This document shows, piece by piece, positions 22,324 to 30,531 of a DNA stretch of 32,000 nucleotides. The stretch covers positions 3,390,001-3,422,000 of the forward strand of contig NZ_CP066018.1 of NCBI RefSeq assembly GCF_016127575.1, written 5' to 3'. A program made the position numbers and the translations under genes. Below the pieces are notes generated by a model that was given only the letters and a program-made list of their open reading frames with translations, did no database searches and was not told where the DNA came from. Numbering within the stretch: the stretch's first letter is position 1; each line of letters starts with the position of its first letter. The stretch comes from Cupriavidus necator. GTDB taxonomy: Bacteria > Pseudomonadota > Gammaproteobacteria > Burkholderiales > Burkholderiaceae.

Positions 22324-22992
22324 TCAATGAGGACGCGTCCGCGGAACATCTCGGGCTGAGATATGCGGAATGAACGCTGGTGTCTTTTGGCGATATTCCT
22401 CATATGCTTGCCCGAACTCGGCCAGTGCGTCCTGCTCCTCCGACTTGGCCAGCCGAACATACATCCAGACCAGGATGGGGAACATCACCAGAGTGACTAT
22501 CGTCGGCCACTGCAGCAGGAAGCCGAACATAATCAGGACGAACGCGACATACTGGGGGTGCCTCATGCGCGCATAGAGACCAGTGGTCGCCAGGCGGTGC
22601 TGCTGCTGGGCCAGGTACAGAATGCGCCAGGCGGAAGACAGCATGATGAAGCCGCCAAAAATCAAGATGTCGCTGGCGATGTGAAATGGCCCCAGGTGCG
22701 GGTTGCCCCTCCAGCCGAAAATCATCTCCGGAAGATGACCGGCATCATGCGAGAGGAAGTCGATTCCCGGGAATTTCGCCGAAAGCCACGGTAGCAGGAG
22801 ATAGATACTCAGGGGGATGCCATACATCTCTGTAAAGAGCGCCACAATGAACGCGGAGAACGCGCCAAACGAGCGCCAGTCGCGCTGGGTCTTCGGCTTG
22901 GTGAAGCTGAAGGCGAAGATGATGAAGACAGCTGAGTTGATAATGACCAGCGACCAGAGACCGTAGCTGGATTGTGTTTCGGGTTGCATCAT
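22324..22992 (-). CDS. Integral-membrane ICMT/PEMT-family SAM-dependent methyltransferase
   Basis: 222 aa, multi-pass. Family motif TGLYARMRHPQYVAF, followed by EEQDALAEFGQAYEEYRQKTPAFIP. The start overlaps the DUF2933 stop (ATGATG/TGA at 22987-22992). Confidence 0.8.
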   Translation of the reverse strand: MMQPETQSSYGLWSLVIINSAVFIIFAFSFTKPKTQRDWRSFGAFSAFIVALFTEMYGIPLSIYLLLPWLSAKFPGIDFLSHDAGHLPEMIFGWRGNPHLGPFHIASDILIFGGFIMLSSAWRILYLAQQQHRLATTGLYARMRHPQYVAFVLIMFGFLLQWPTIVTLVMFPILVWMYVRLAKSEEQDALAEFGQAYEEYRQKTPAFIPHISARDVPRTRPH

Positions 22993-23249
22993 CGCTCTCC
23001 TTTGGCGTTCGTGTCCTTGGTGGCGTCATCCGGTCCGTGACCGTGTCGATGTCCACCGTGCATGAAGATGTGCATTAAGGGGCAGGCGGCCAGCAGAAGA
23101 AATGGCAGGAACTGAATGACGTGTGCCCGGTGTTCAGTCCATAGGAAGTAGGCAATCACCAGCAGAAAGCCAATCATGACCAGCTTGGACCTGGCCACGG
23201 TGCGCAGTGCGTCGCCAGGCCGCTCATGACCGTTGTGGTCGTGGTTCAT
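22989..23249 (-). CDS. DUF2933-like His-rich small membrane protein
   Basis: 86 aa. N-terminal MNHDHNGHE, two TM helices, then ACPLMHIFMHGGHRHGHG. Confidence 0.7.
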   Translation of the reverse strand: MNHDHNGHERPGDALRTVARSKLVMIGFLLVIAYFLWTEHRAHVIQFLPFLLLAACPLMHIFMHGGHRHGHGPDDATKDTNAKGER

Positions 23250-23439
23250 GTTTTCCTCCTATAAAGCGAACGCCGTACCGCCTGGCAGCAGCCATGGTGC
23301 CGATGACGTAGGTGTATGTATCTCGCTTGGTCTTGCTGAAAAACTGTTCGCCGTTCCGCCAAGCAGGAGCCAAGTGAGACTCTGTGATAACCAGTTCATA
23401 GACCCTCTCTTCAACCTTTGTCTTGGCGTTCACGCTCAA
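23224..23439 (-). CDS. Questionable 71-aa ORF (TTG start, no RBS), unknown function
   Basis: It fills the only gap in the array and overlaps both neighbours (29 and 26 nt). Its composition is protein-like ([42 protein letters not shown]), unlike shadow ORFs. No credible start signal was found. Confidence 0.25.
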   Translation of the reverse strand: MSVNAKTKVEERVYELVITESHLAPAWRNGEQFFSKTKRDTYTYVIGTMAAARRYGVRFIGGKHEPRPQRS

Positions 23440-23626
23440 CTGCGTTTCGTATATCGCGCTCGCACTGTCGCGAAAGGCGAAGACTCAACCACACCACAAC
23501 GACCGGACAGGACAGCAGGAGTAGGCCAACCAGTATGGTGAACGGTGTCAGCCCAAACCGGTAGACGATAGCTGCCGCGAGTAGCATTGCAAAGGCAGCG
23601 CAAATCCATGCCACCGGGTGTTTCAT
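23411..23626 (-). CDS. Small two-TM membrane protein translationally coupled to the Cu ATPase
   Basis: 71 aa. Its ATG overlaps the ATPase stop (ATGA, 23623-23626). Two hydrophobic helices, then a charged tail [19 protein letters not shown]. Confidence 0.55.
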   Translation of the reverse strand: MKHPVAWICAAFAMLLAAAIVYRFGLTPFTILVGLLLLSCPVVVVWLSLRLSRQCERDIRNAVERERQDKG

Positions 23627-26106
23627 CTCGCCTCCAGGCTGGCAATTCTGGCGCCAAGTCGTACACGCTTCAGCAATGCGGAGTTGGCTACCACACTCAA
23701 TGAGGACAGTGCCATTGCTGCTGCGGCAAAGATGGGGTTCAGGAGTCCAAGTGCGGCGATAGGGATGCCGATGGTGTTGTAGATGAACGCCCAGAAGAGG
23801 TTCTGTTTGATTTTGCGCATCGTCGCGCGGGACAGCTCAATGGCGGCAACCACGTCACGCACGTCATCGCGAATGAGGATGATGCTCCCAGTTTCCTTCG
23901 CGACATCCGAGCCTGAGCCGATGGCAATGCCGATGTCCGCTGCGGCAAGCGCCGGTGCGTCATTGACGCCGTCTCCCACCATGGCCACGACCTCCCCTTG
24001 CTTCTGTAATGCGTGAATGGTCTCGACCTTGTCTTCCGGCATCACCTCGGCAATGACATGCTCAATGCCAACCTGCCGGCCGATTGCCTCGGCGGTGCGG
24101 CGGTTGTCACCGCTCAGTAGCACAACCTTGATGGCGCGCGCCTTCAATGCCGCGATTGCCTCGCTCGCTTCCGGTTTCACAGTGTCAGCCACGGCCACTA
24201 CGCCGAGCAATTGTGTGCCGGCGCCGACCAGCATGGCTGTCTTGCCATCGGCCTCGAGCTTCCCGAGTACAGATTCGGCCGATTCGATTGGGATGCCTTG
24301 GCGTGCAAAGAGACGCCGGTTGCCCAGCCAGACTTGCTGACCGTCGACGAGGCCCTGAATGCCCATGCCAGACAATGCGCTGATGCTGGCTGCCTTGGGA
24401 ATGGTGAGCGCGCGATACTGTGCGGCGCGCACGATGGCTTCGCCCAAAGGGTGCTCGGACCCGGCTTCCACAGCGGCAGCAAGAGTCAGCAGGTCAGATT
24501 TCTCTCGCCCAGAAAGGGGGATGACATCGGTCAAGGTCGGCTCTCCGCGCGTAATCGTCCCGGTCTTGTCAAAGACAACCGCGGTGAGCTTCTCGGCCCG
24601 CTCCAGCACTTCACCGCCGCGTATCAGGATGCCGTTGTCCGCGCCCTTGCCGACGCCGACCATCAGCGCTGCTGGCGTGGCGACGCCTAGCGCGCAGGGG
24701 CAGGAGATAATCAGAACAGCCACGAATGCGAGCAGTCCCTGCGGAAAATGACCGGCGACGGTCCATCCCACTAATGCCAGCATCGCGACCGAAACAACCG
24801 CAGGTACGAAGTAGCCGGTGACCTGGTCCGCCAGTCTCTGAATCTGCGCGGTGCTGGCCTGGGCGTCCTCGACCATCCTGATAATCTGAGCGAGAGCGGT
24901 GTCCGCTCCGATTTTTGTGGCCTGGAAGGTGAAGGCGCCACTGCGGTTTAGCGTGCCGCCAATGACAGCGGCACCAGGCTTCTTTTCCACGGGCATCGAC
25001 TCGCCGGTCAGCATCGATTCATCGACACTGGATTGGCCATCGATAACCTTGCCATCAGTGGGAATCTTCTCGCCGGGGCGTACAACGACCGCTTCGCCCA
25101 CCATGATGCTTTCAGCCGGGATTTCCACCTCCGTCCCGTCGCGAAGCACGTGAGCGACGGCGGGGCGCAGGTCGAGCAGGCGTCGAACAGCGGCGGAGGA
25201 TTTCTTCTTGATGATTTCCTCCATGTATTTCCCCAGCAGCACGAAGGCGATAATGACCGCCGACACCTCAAAGTAGACGTCTCGCTCTTCGACCTTGACG
25301 GGCAGCCAGGACGGAAAGAACAGCACTACTACGCTGTAGAAGTAGGCGACGGACGTCCCCAGGGCGATGAGGAAGTCCATATTGATATTGCGCGTCCGGA
25401 TGGCGTTCCATGCGCCCTTGTAGAAGCTCCAGCCGCCAATGAACTGGACCGGCGTGACGAGAAGGAATAGCCACATCCCCCACGTGAACCAAGGCAGGGC
25501 GGGAATCGGGGCCCAAGTCACGAGCGTCGCGCCGGCTGCCAGTGCCAGGAAGGCGCCAGCCCGCAGCACCGCCAGCGCGAGCACGCCCGTGAGCGCAATG
25601 GTCACGCGCGTCTTCATGGCTTTCAACTCGCTCTCTGGCGACTCGAAGGTCCGAAGGCAGCTCTCGCTGCAGAAGTAGTACTTGCGGTTGCCACGCTCGG
25701 CGGAGAGGGCCGTAGCCTTGTCCACCATCATTCCGCAAATAGGGTCCTTGGCGAGTTGCTTGGCGGCGTGGGAAGCAAGCGCGGGCGTCGCCGCAGGGAT
25801 AGGAGCGACGCCGGGTGGGCTAGGACTGCGGGAGGGCCCAGCCGAGCTACGCCTATCAACGGGGTGAAGAACATATTTCGCCGGGTTGGCTAGGAAAACC
25901 TGCTCACAGTGTGGAGAGCAGAACCAGTATCGCTTCTGGTCGAGCTCCGTGCTGGTAGCGGCCTCCCGTGGGGAGATCTCCATGCCACAGACCGGGTCAC
26001 GCACGAGCTGCTGCGAGGCGGCCGGGCCTGCGGCGGCCGTTGGAGCTGCCTGGGCTTCGGTGAGGCCGTAACTCCCCCCATTAGGGGTGGTGGACTTGGT
26101 CGGCAT
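23623..26106 (-). CDS. Cu(I)/Ag(I)-type P1B-1 P-type ATPase with two N-terminal YHS/TRASH domains
   Basis: 827 aa. RBS AAGGAGAGG. Two copies of DP(V/I)CGM...(Y/W)FCS..C. Transmembrane CPC (IISCPCALG), YN (FIYNTIGIP) and [12 protein letters not shown] signature. DKTGTIT and [10 protein letters not shown] present. No HMA (CxxC) domain. Confidence 0.9.
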   Translation of the reverse strand: MPTKSTTPNGGSYGLTEAQAAPTAAAGPAASQQLVRDPVCGMEISPREAATSTELDQKRYWFCSPHCEQVFLANPAKYVLHPVDRRSSAGPSRSPSPPGVAPIPAATPALASHAAKQLAKDPICGMMVDKATALSAERGNRKYYFCSESCLRTFESPESELKAMKTRVTIALTGVLALAVLRAGAFLALAAGATLVTWAPIPALPWFTWGMWLFLLVTPVQFIGGWSFYKGAWNAIRTRNINMDFLIALGTSVAYFYSVVVLFFPSWLPVKVEERDVYFEVSAVIIAFVLLGKYMEEIIKKKSSAAVRRLLDLRPAVAHVLRDGTEVEIPAESIMVGEAVVVRPGEKIPTDGKVIDGQSSVDESMLTGESMPVEKKPGAAVIGGTLNRSGAFTFQATKIGADTALAQIIRMVEDAQASTAQIQRLADQVTGYFVPAVVSVAMLALVGWTVAGHFPQGLLAFVAVLIISCPCALGVATPAALMVGVGKGADNGILIRGGEVLERAEKLTAVVFDKTGTITRGEPTLTDVIPLSGREKSDLLTLAAAVEAGSEHPLGEAIVRAAQYRALTIPKAASISALSGMGIQGLVDGQQVWLGNRRLFARQGIPIESAESVLGKLEADGKTAMLVGAGTQLLGVVAVADTVKPEASEAIAALKARAIKVVLLSGDNRRTAEAIGRQVGIEHVIAEVMPEDKVETIHALQKQGEVVAMVGDGVNDAPALAAADIGIAIGSGSDVAKETGSIILIRDDVRDVVAAIELSRATMRKIKQNLFWAFIYNTIGIPIAALGLLNPIFAAAAMALSSLSVVANSALLKRVRLGARIASLEAR

Positions 26107-26188
26107 TCCATCCTCTCCTTGGGGCTATTAAGAGGGGCTGCAGCGCATAAATTACATTTTCATTCTGGGTGACCAGTCGATTTGCTTC

Positions 26189-26202
26189 TTGATTTCAATC
26201 AA
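26189..26202. promoter_or_regulatory. Perfect FNR/FixK consensus box TTGAT-TTCA-ATCAA
   Basis: 10/10 match. Centre is 89.5 bp upstream of the ATPase ATG (26106), within the 240-bp gap after the SAM synthetase gene. Confidence 0.75.
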
Positions 26203-26346
26203 GCGTTCATGGGTGGTCGGGGGTGCGGTGGGTGCCGATTCAGGAATGAATGTCGAACGCCGCATGACGTATGTGTTTGAAGGCTGGGAAGCCGCTCGGC
26301 CAGCCGATGCCGGCGCCGAGGTTGCTTTGCTCCCCATACACCGGGC

Positions 26347-27531
26347 CTAGAAGACCGCTACCGTGCCATAGACCAGCTCATTGACCAAGGCAGGAAGCTG
26401 CGCCAGCTGTAGCGTCGCGAGTTCACGAACTTGCTGCTCCTGGGCGCTCGAGAGGCCGCGCTCGGCCACGACATCAATGGCAAACAGTTGGGGCTGGTCG
26501 ATGGGGCGTCCAATTCCGGAGAGAAGCCGGACGACGACTTCATCCGCGCCATCCACGCTTGCCTGAATATGAGAGGCTAACCGGTGGGCGAGCACGTTGT
26601 AGAGCTTGCCGACATGTGACGCCGGGTTCTTGCCCGCTGCGGCCTCCAGCGACATTGGCCGATAGGGGGTAATCAGGCCATTGACCCGGTTTCCGCGGCC
26701 GACCTGGCCGTCATCACCATGCTCAGCACTTAAGCCAGTGACCGTCAGGTAAATCCCGCTTTCGTCGCAAGCATCCCGGCGATCGAGGGTATTGATTGCA
26801 ATCTCACAGTCGGTGCCGATGTGCTCGGCCAGATACGACCCAATCCGGCCCTTGAGGATGAAGTACTCATCGACGCCTTGGACGCATCGGTCGACAAAGG
26901 CCAGCGCAAGAGTGAGACGGTGATGCGCACCCAGCCGACTCCCCATCACCTTGTAATCGAGGCCCGCCGCCTCAAACATTCCCCTGTCGGCACGTGAGCG
27001 CAGAAGGTCGGCAATCAACAGCACCGCTCTTTCAAGCGATGAGAGTGGCGCATAGCCGACGCCAAAGGATGTGTCATTGGACAGCGAAAGAGACGCTGCA
27101 TTGGTCACGCGCCGGAGGTTCGGGGCCGAGGGGCGGAGGATTGGCTCGATCCGGATGTCATTGCCAATGTCGCCCAAGGATGTCGCCAGGTACTCGCGAA
27201 TGGCCTGCTCGACAACTAGCTCGGCCTTGGCCGACGGAAGTTCGGTAACAGGGCCGGATACTATCAACCGCGTTGAGCGCAGCACTTTGCCACCGCCGAA
27301 CTTTGGCGCGCTCATGCCGCCGATGAGTAGCGCCTTGTCCAGATTGAAGTGCTGGACTGCGCCATAGGCTTCGAAGTATGCGCGGCACAAGGCGCGAGCC
27401 GCAGCTTCGACAGCCCCATCGCATAGGCTATCGGGATGTCCGATGCCCTTGTGCTCGCACATTTCCGTCTGCTCACCTCGCCATGACGGCCCACGCGAGA
27501 TAGCAATCGCTATGTTCTCCATGATGGTCAT
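26347..27531 (-). CDS. Archaeal-type S-adenosylmethionine synthetase (methionine adenosyltransferase, MJ1208/PF01941-like)
   Basis: 394 aa. RBS AAGGGGG. Motif EHKGIGHPDSLCDG near the N-terminus, with length and overall pattern as in archaeal-type MAT. It does not resemble bacterial MetK. Confidence 0.75.
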   Translation of the reverse strand: MTIMENIAIAISRGPSWRGEQTEMCEHKGIGHPDSLCDGAVEAAARALCRAYFEAYGAVQHFNLDKALLIGGMSAPKFGGGKVLRSTRLIVSGPVTELPSAKAELVVEQAIREYLATSLGDIGNDIRIEPILRPSAPNLRRVTNAASLSLSNDTSFGVGYAPLSSLERAVLLIADLLRSRADRGMFEAAGLDYKVMGSRLGAHHRLTLALAFVDRCVQGVDEYFILKGRIGSYLAEHIGTDCEIAINTLDRRDACDESGIYLTVTGLSAEHGDDGQVGRGNRVNGLITPYRPMSLEAAAGKNPASHVGKLYNVLAHRLASHIQASVDGADEVVVRLLSGIGRPIDQPQLFAIDVVAERGLSSAQEQQVRELATLQLAQLPALVNELVYGTVAVF

Positions 27532-27630
27532 CTCGAGCCCCCTTCACGCCGTCGCCCTGTAGCCATTCTATGTAGCCGCGGTAGGTCAAGTCGCGAAGGT
27601 TCGGTTCCCGACTCGGGTTGCCAGGAGTTG

Positions 27631-27644
27631 TTGACGCGAATCAA
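27631..27644. promoter_or_regulatory. Near-consensus FNR/FixK box TTGAC-GCGA-ATCAA
   Basis: 9/10 match. Centre is 106.5 bp upstream of the SAM synthetase ATG (27531) and 46.5 bp upstream of the ATG (27684) of the decayed formate/nitrite transporter gene. A weaker box, TTGCC-TAGC-ATCAA, follows at 27660-27673. Confidence 0.6.
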
Positions 27645-27683
27645 GCACGGTTTTTCGCGTTGCCTAGCATCAATGCTGAAAAT

Positions 27684-28143
27684 ATGACTTTCGATTGCCA
27701 ACTAAGTCGCGGCAGGGCCGCTGGTGCACTATTAGGCTCATGTGGCCTGGCATTTGAAGGTTGCGAAAACGCCGAGCGGGTGCAAACCGTCGGGTGGCCA
27801 AGGCGCGCCTGCCGCTGCTGCAAATGGCGATGCTTGGGCATACTGGCCGGTGCTTTCATCGGGCGGGGAGCGCTGAATTCCGTACGGGTTGCCAGCGACC
27901 CAAGTTTAGGGTTCGCCACCAGCTGCGTGATTGGTAGCTAGCCTGGTGTTTTCATTAGGGCTGCTGCTGGTAGTGCCCGGCGCCAAGCTATTCACTGCCA
28001 ACAACCTATTAGTGATGGCCTGGGCCGACCGGCGAATCAGCAGCTACGAGCTGCTGCGCAATTTTGGGGTTGTGAGCTTGACCAACTTTGCCGAAGCGGC
28101 TGGACTCGCATTGCTGGTTGGTTGCCAGGGTATCCGGTGCTGA
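27684..28143 (+). pseudogene. Formate/nitrite transporter (FocA/NirC family) pseudogene: multiple frameshifts, in-frame stop, 3' truncated
   Basis: Consecutive FNT blocks sit in different frames. The pieces are KARLPLLQMAMLG, then LGILAGAFIGRGAL..SDPSLGF ending at TAG 27939. The last piece is LVFSLGLLLVVPGAKLFTANNLLVMAWADRRISSYELLRNFGVVSLTNFAEAAGLALLV. Confidence 0.6.
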
Positions 28144-28243
28144 ACAACGGACTAGTGGCTGAGCGCTTGGAGCGCATTGCCGTTGCCAATTGCGCCCCAA
28201 GCCCCCAGCCGTTCATTGGTGTGCGCATCCGTACAGATGCCAG

Positions 28244-28474
28244 TTACACCCTGGAACTGTCAATGGTGCTGCCGCCGGGGATGGATCCGTGGCCACCCGC
28301 TGCAAGGGCTGATCGGCTTTCAGTCTTTGCCCCGACAATCGCTCTATCTCCGGCGCCTGCCTCGGTCAGCTGGTCGATCAATGCGACCTTGATCTCGGTC
28401 GGCACTAACGCCTTCTCGTTCTGGAGGCCATCGCGTGGACCGACTTCCACGATCTTGACTTTGTCTGGTTGCAT
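28244..28474 (-). pseudogene. liuE: Hydroxymethylglutaryl-CoA lyase truncated after ~40 codons
   Basis: Intact RBS (GGGGAGG) and N-terminus [40 protein letters not shown]. Similarity ends at ~28355, and the remaining 36 codons to the stop are unrelated. A full-length enzyme is ~300 aa. Confidence 0.65.
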
Positions 28475-28497
28475 TGCCGGAAACCTCCCCCACGATA

Positions 28498-30513
28498 TCA
28501 GGCTTCAAACGCCAGGAGCTGCGACCCTTCAGCCACTTGCTCGCCAACCCCATAGAGCACTTCACTGACGACACCATCCACCGGTGCGCTGATGGTGTGC
28601 TCCATCTTCATGGCCTCCATCACCAGCAGCGGGGCCCCGCGCGTCACGATGCTGCCCGCCTCGACCATCACGGCAATGACCTTGCCGGGCATCGGCGCGG
28701 TCAGCTTGCCGTCTTCGCTTTCAGCCTCGCCAGCGTGCGCCAGTGGATCGAGCCAGGTCAGGCTTACGTGACCACCGGCATGGAAGGCATGAAACACCTC
28801 GCCGTCGGCATGCACTTGGCCGTGCGCGTGGCGCGTACCGAGGTCGACGCGGATCTCATCTCCCTGGCAGTTGCAGGCGAAGGACACAACCTGGTTCGCG
28901 TAGATCAGCGTGCTGCCGCGTGCATCGGTATTCAGCGTCACCTCCAGCACCTGCTCGCCATAGCCGAAGCGCAGCGTGCGCGACACGCCGCCGTTCAGCC
29001 GCCACGCGCCGCCATGGGTCCACGGCGAATGCTGGTCGGCGGCGTCGACGCGGCGCTCGCGCGTCTCGCGGTCGAGCAGCGCGGCCACCGCCAGCGCAAT
29101 GACTTCCAGGCCGACCGGGGCGGCGGGCGGGAACAGCGTGGCTTCGTTGCGCTCGATCAGGCCGGTATCGAGATCGGCGGTGCGGAACGCCTGCGACGAC
29201 ACCAGCCGTTGCAGGAAGGCCACGTTGGTCGACAGCCCCACCACGTGATACGACGCCAGCGCCTGGCGCATGCGCGCCAGCGCCTCGTCGCGGTCCTTGC
29301 CCCAGACGATCAGCTTGGCGATCATCGGGTCGTAGAAGGGGCTGATGGTGTCGCCTTCGCGCACGCCGGCGTCGATGCGGATGCCGGCCGGGCCATGCAC
29401 ATCACCACCGCGCATGAACTGCACCGCCGGCGGTGTGCGCAGGTAGCGCAGCGTGCCGGTGGACGGCAGGAACTGTTTGTCGGGGTTCTCGGCGTAGATG
29501 CGTGCTTCCAGCGCATGGCCGTCGATGCGCAGCTGCTCCTGCGTGAGCGGCAGCGGCTCGCCGGCGGCGACGCGCAGCTGCCATTCGACCAGGTCCTGCC
29601 CGGTGATCATCTCGGTGACGGGGTGCTCCACCTGCAGGCGCGTGTTCATCTCCATGAAGTAGAACGAACCGTCCTGGTTGGCGATGAACTCCACCGTGCC
29701 GGCGCCGACATAGCCGACCGCCTTGGCCGCGGCCACCGCCGCTTCGCCCATGGCGCGGCGGCGCGCCTCGGTCATGCCCGGCGCGGGGGCTTCTTCCAGC
29801 ACCTTCTGGTGGCGGCGCTGCACCGAGCAGTCGCGCTCGAACAGGTAGACGCAGTTGCCGTGGGTATCGGCAAACACCTGGATCTCGATATGGCGCGGGC
29901 GGGTCAGGTACTTCTCCACCAGCACCTTGTCATCGCCGAAGCTGGCCGACGCCTCGCGCTTGACGGAGGTCAGCGCGGCCATGAAGCCGTCGCCCGACTC
30001 GACCACGCGCATGCCCTTGCCGCCGCCGCCTGCGCTGGCCTTGAGCAGCACCGGGTAGCCGATGCGGTCGGCCTCGCGGCGCAGCAGCACCGGATCCTGG
30101 TCCTCGCCGTGGTAGCCCGGCACCAGCGGCACCGCGGCCTTCTCCATCAATTGCTTGGCGGCGCTCTTGCTGCCCATCGCGTGGATGGCAGACGCCGGCG
30201 GGCCGATGAAGACCAGCCCCGCCGCGGCGCAGGCCTCGGCAAAGGCCTCGTTCTCGGACAGGAAGCCGTAGCCGGGGTGGATGGCCTGGGCACCGGTCTC
30301 CTTCGCCATCTCGATGATGTGGTCCGCGCGCAGGTAGCTGTCGCGCGCGGCCGCGCCGCCGATATGCACGGCCTCGTCGCAGAAGGCGACGTGGCGTGCG
30401 TCGGCGTCGGCATCCGAGTACACCGCGACGGTGCGGATGCCGAGCCGGCGGCAGGTGGCGGCCACGCGGCAGGCGATTTCACCGCGGTTGGCGATCAGGA
30501 TCTTGTTGAACAT
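28498..30513 (-). CDS. liuD: 3-Methylcrotonyl-CoA carboxylase alpha subunit (biotin carboxylase + BCCP)
   Basis: 671 aa. Starts [16 protein letters not shown], with ATP-grasp motifs and the C-terminal biotinylation site EAMKMEH. It is flanked by the carboxyltransferase subunit and the HMG-CoA lyase remnant. Confidence 0.85.
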   Translation of the reverse strand: MFNKILIANRGEIACRVAATCRRLGIRTVAVYSDADADARHVAFCDEAVHIGGAAARDSYLRADHIIEMAKETGAQAIHPGYGFLSENEAFAEACAAAGLVFIGPPASAIHAMGSKSAAKQLMEKAAVPLVPGYHGEDQDPVLLRREADRIGYPVLLKASAGGGGKGMRVVESGDGFMAALTSVKREASASFGDDKVLVEKYLTRPRHIEIQVFADTHGNCVYLFERDCSVQRRHQKVLEEAPAPGMTEARRRAMGEAAVAAAKAVGYVGAGTVEFIANQDGSFYFMEMNTRLQVEHPVTEMITGQDLVEWQLRVAAGEPLPLTQEQLRIDGHALEARIYAENPDKQFLPSTGTLRYLRTPPAVQFMRGGDVHGPAGIRIDAGVREGDTISPFYDPMIAKLIVWGKDRDEALARMRQALASYHVVGLSTNVAFLQRLVSSQAFRTADLDTGLIERNEATLFPPAAPVGLEVIALAVAALLDRETRERRVDAADQHSPWTHGGAWRLNGGVSRTLRFGYGEQVLEVTLNTDARGSTLIYANQVVSFACNCQGDEIRVDLGTRHAHGQVHADGEVFHAFHAGGHVSLTWLDPLAHAGEAESEDGKLTAPMPGKVIAVMVEAGSIVTRGAPLLVMEAMKMEHTISAPVDGVVSEVLYGVGEQVAEGSQLLAFEA

Positions 30514-30531
30514 CGGTCTTCCTTGTCGTGA

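Noticed and set aside
26152-26337. 61-aa minus-strand ORF between the MAT and ATPase genes
   Set aside because: It has no RBS, is Ser/Pro/Ala/Thr-rich and spans the FNR box and the likely ATPase promoter. It is more plausibly non-coding regulatory DNA.
27532-27630. Possible SAM riboswitch in the leader of the SAM synthetase gene
   Set aside because: I could not recognise SAM-I, SAM-II, SAM-V or SAM/SAH consensus elements or a convincing pseudoknot or hairpin by eye. A covariance-model scan (Rfam) would be needed to settle it.
28474-30531. 685-aa + strand ORF, the longest non-annotated ORF in the window
   Set aside because: It is an exact antisense shadow of liuD and is His/Arg/Ala/Gly-rich. 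Long antisense ORFs are expected at ~70% GC.
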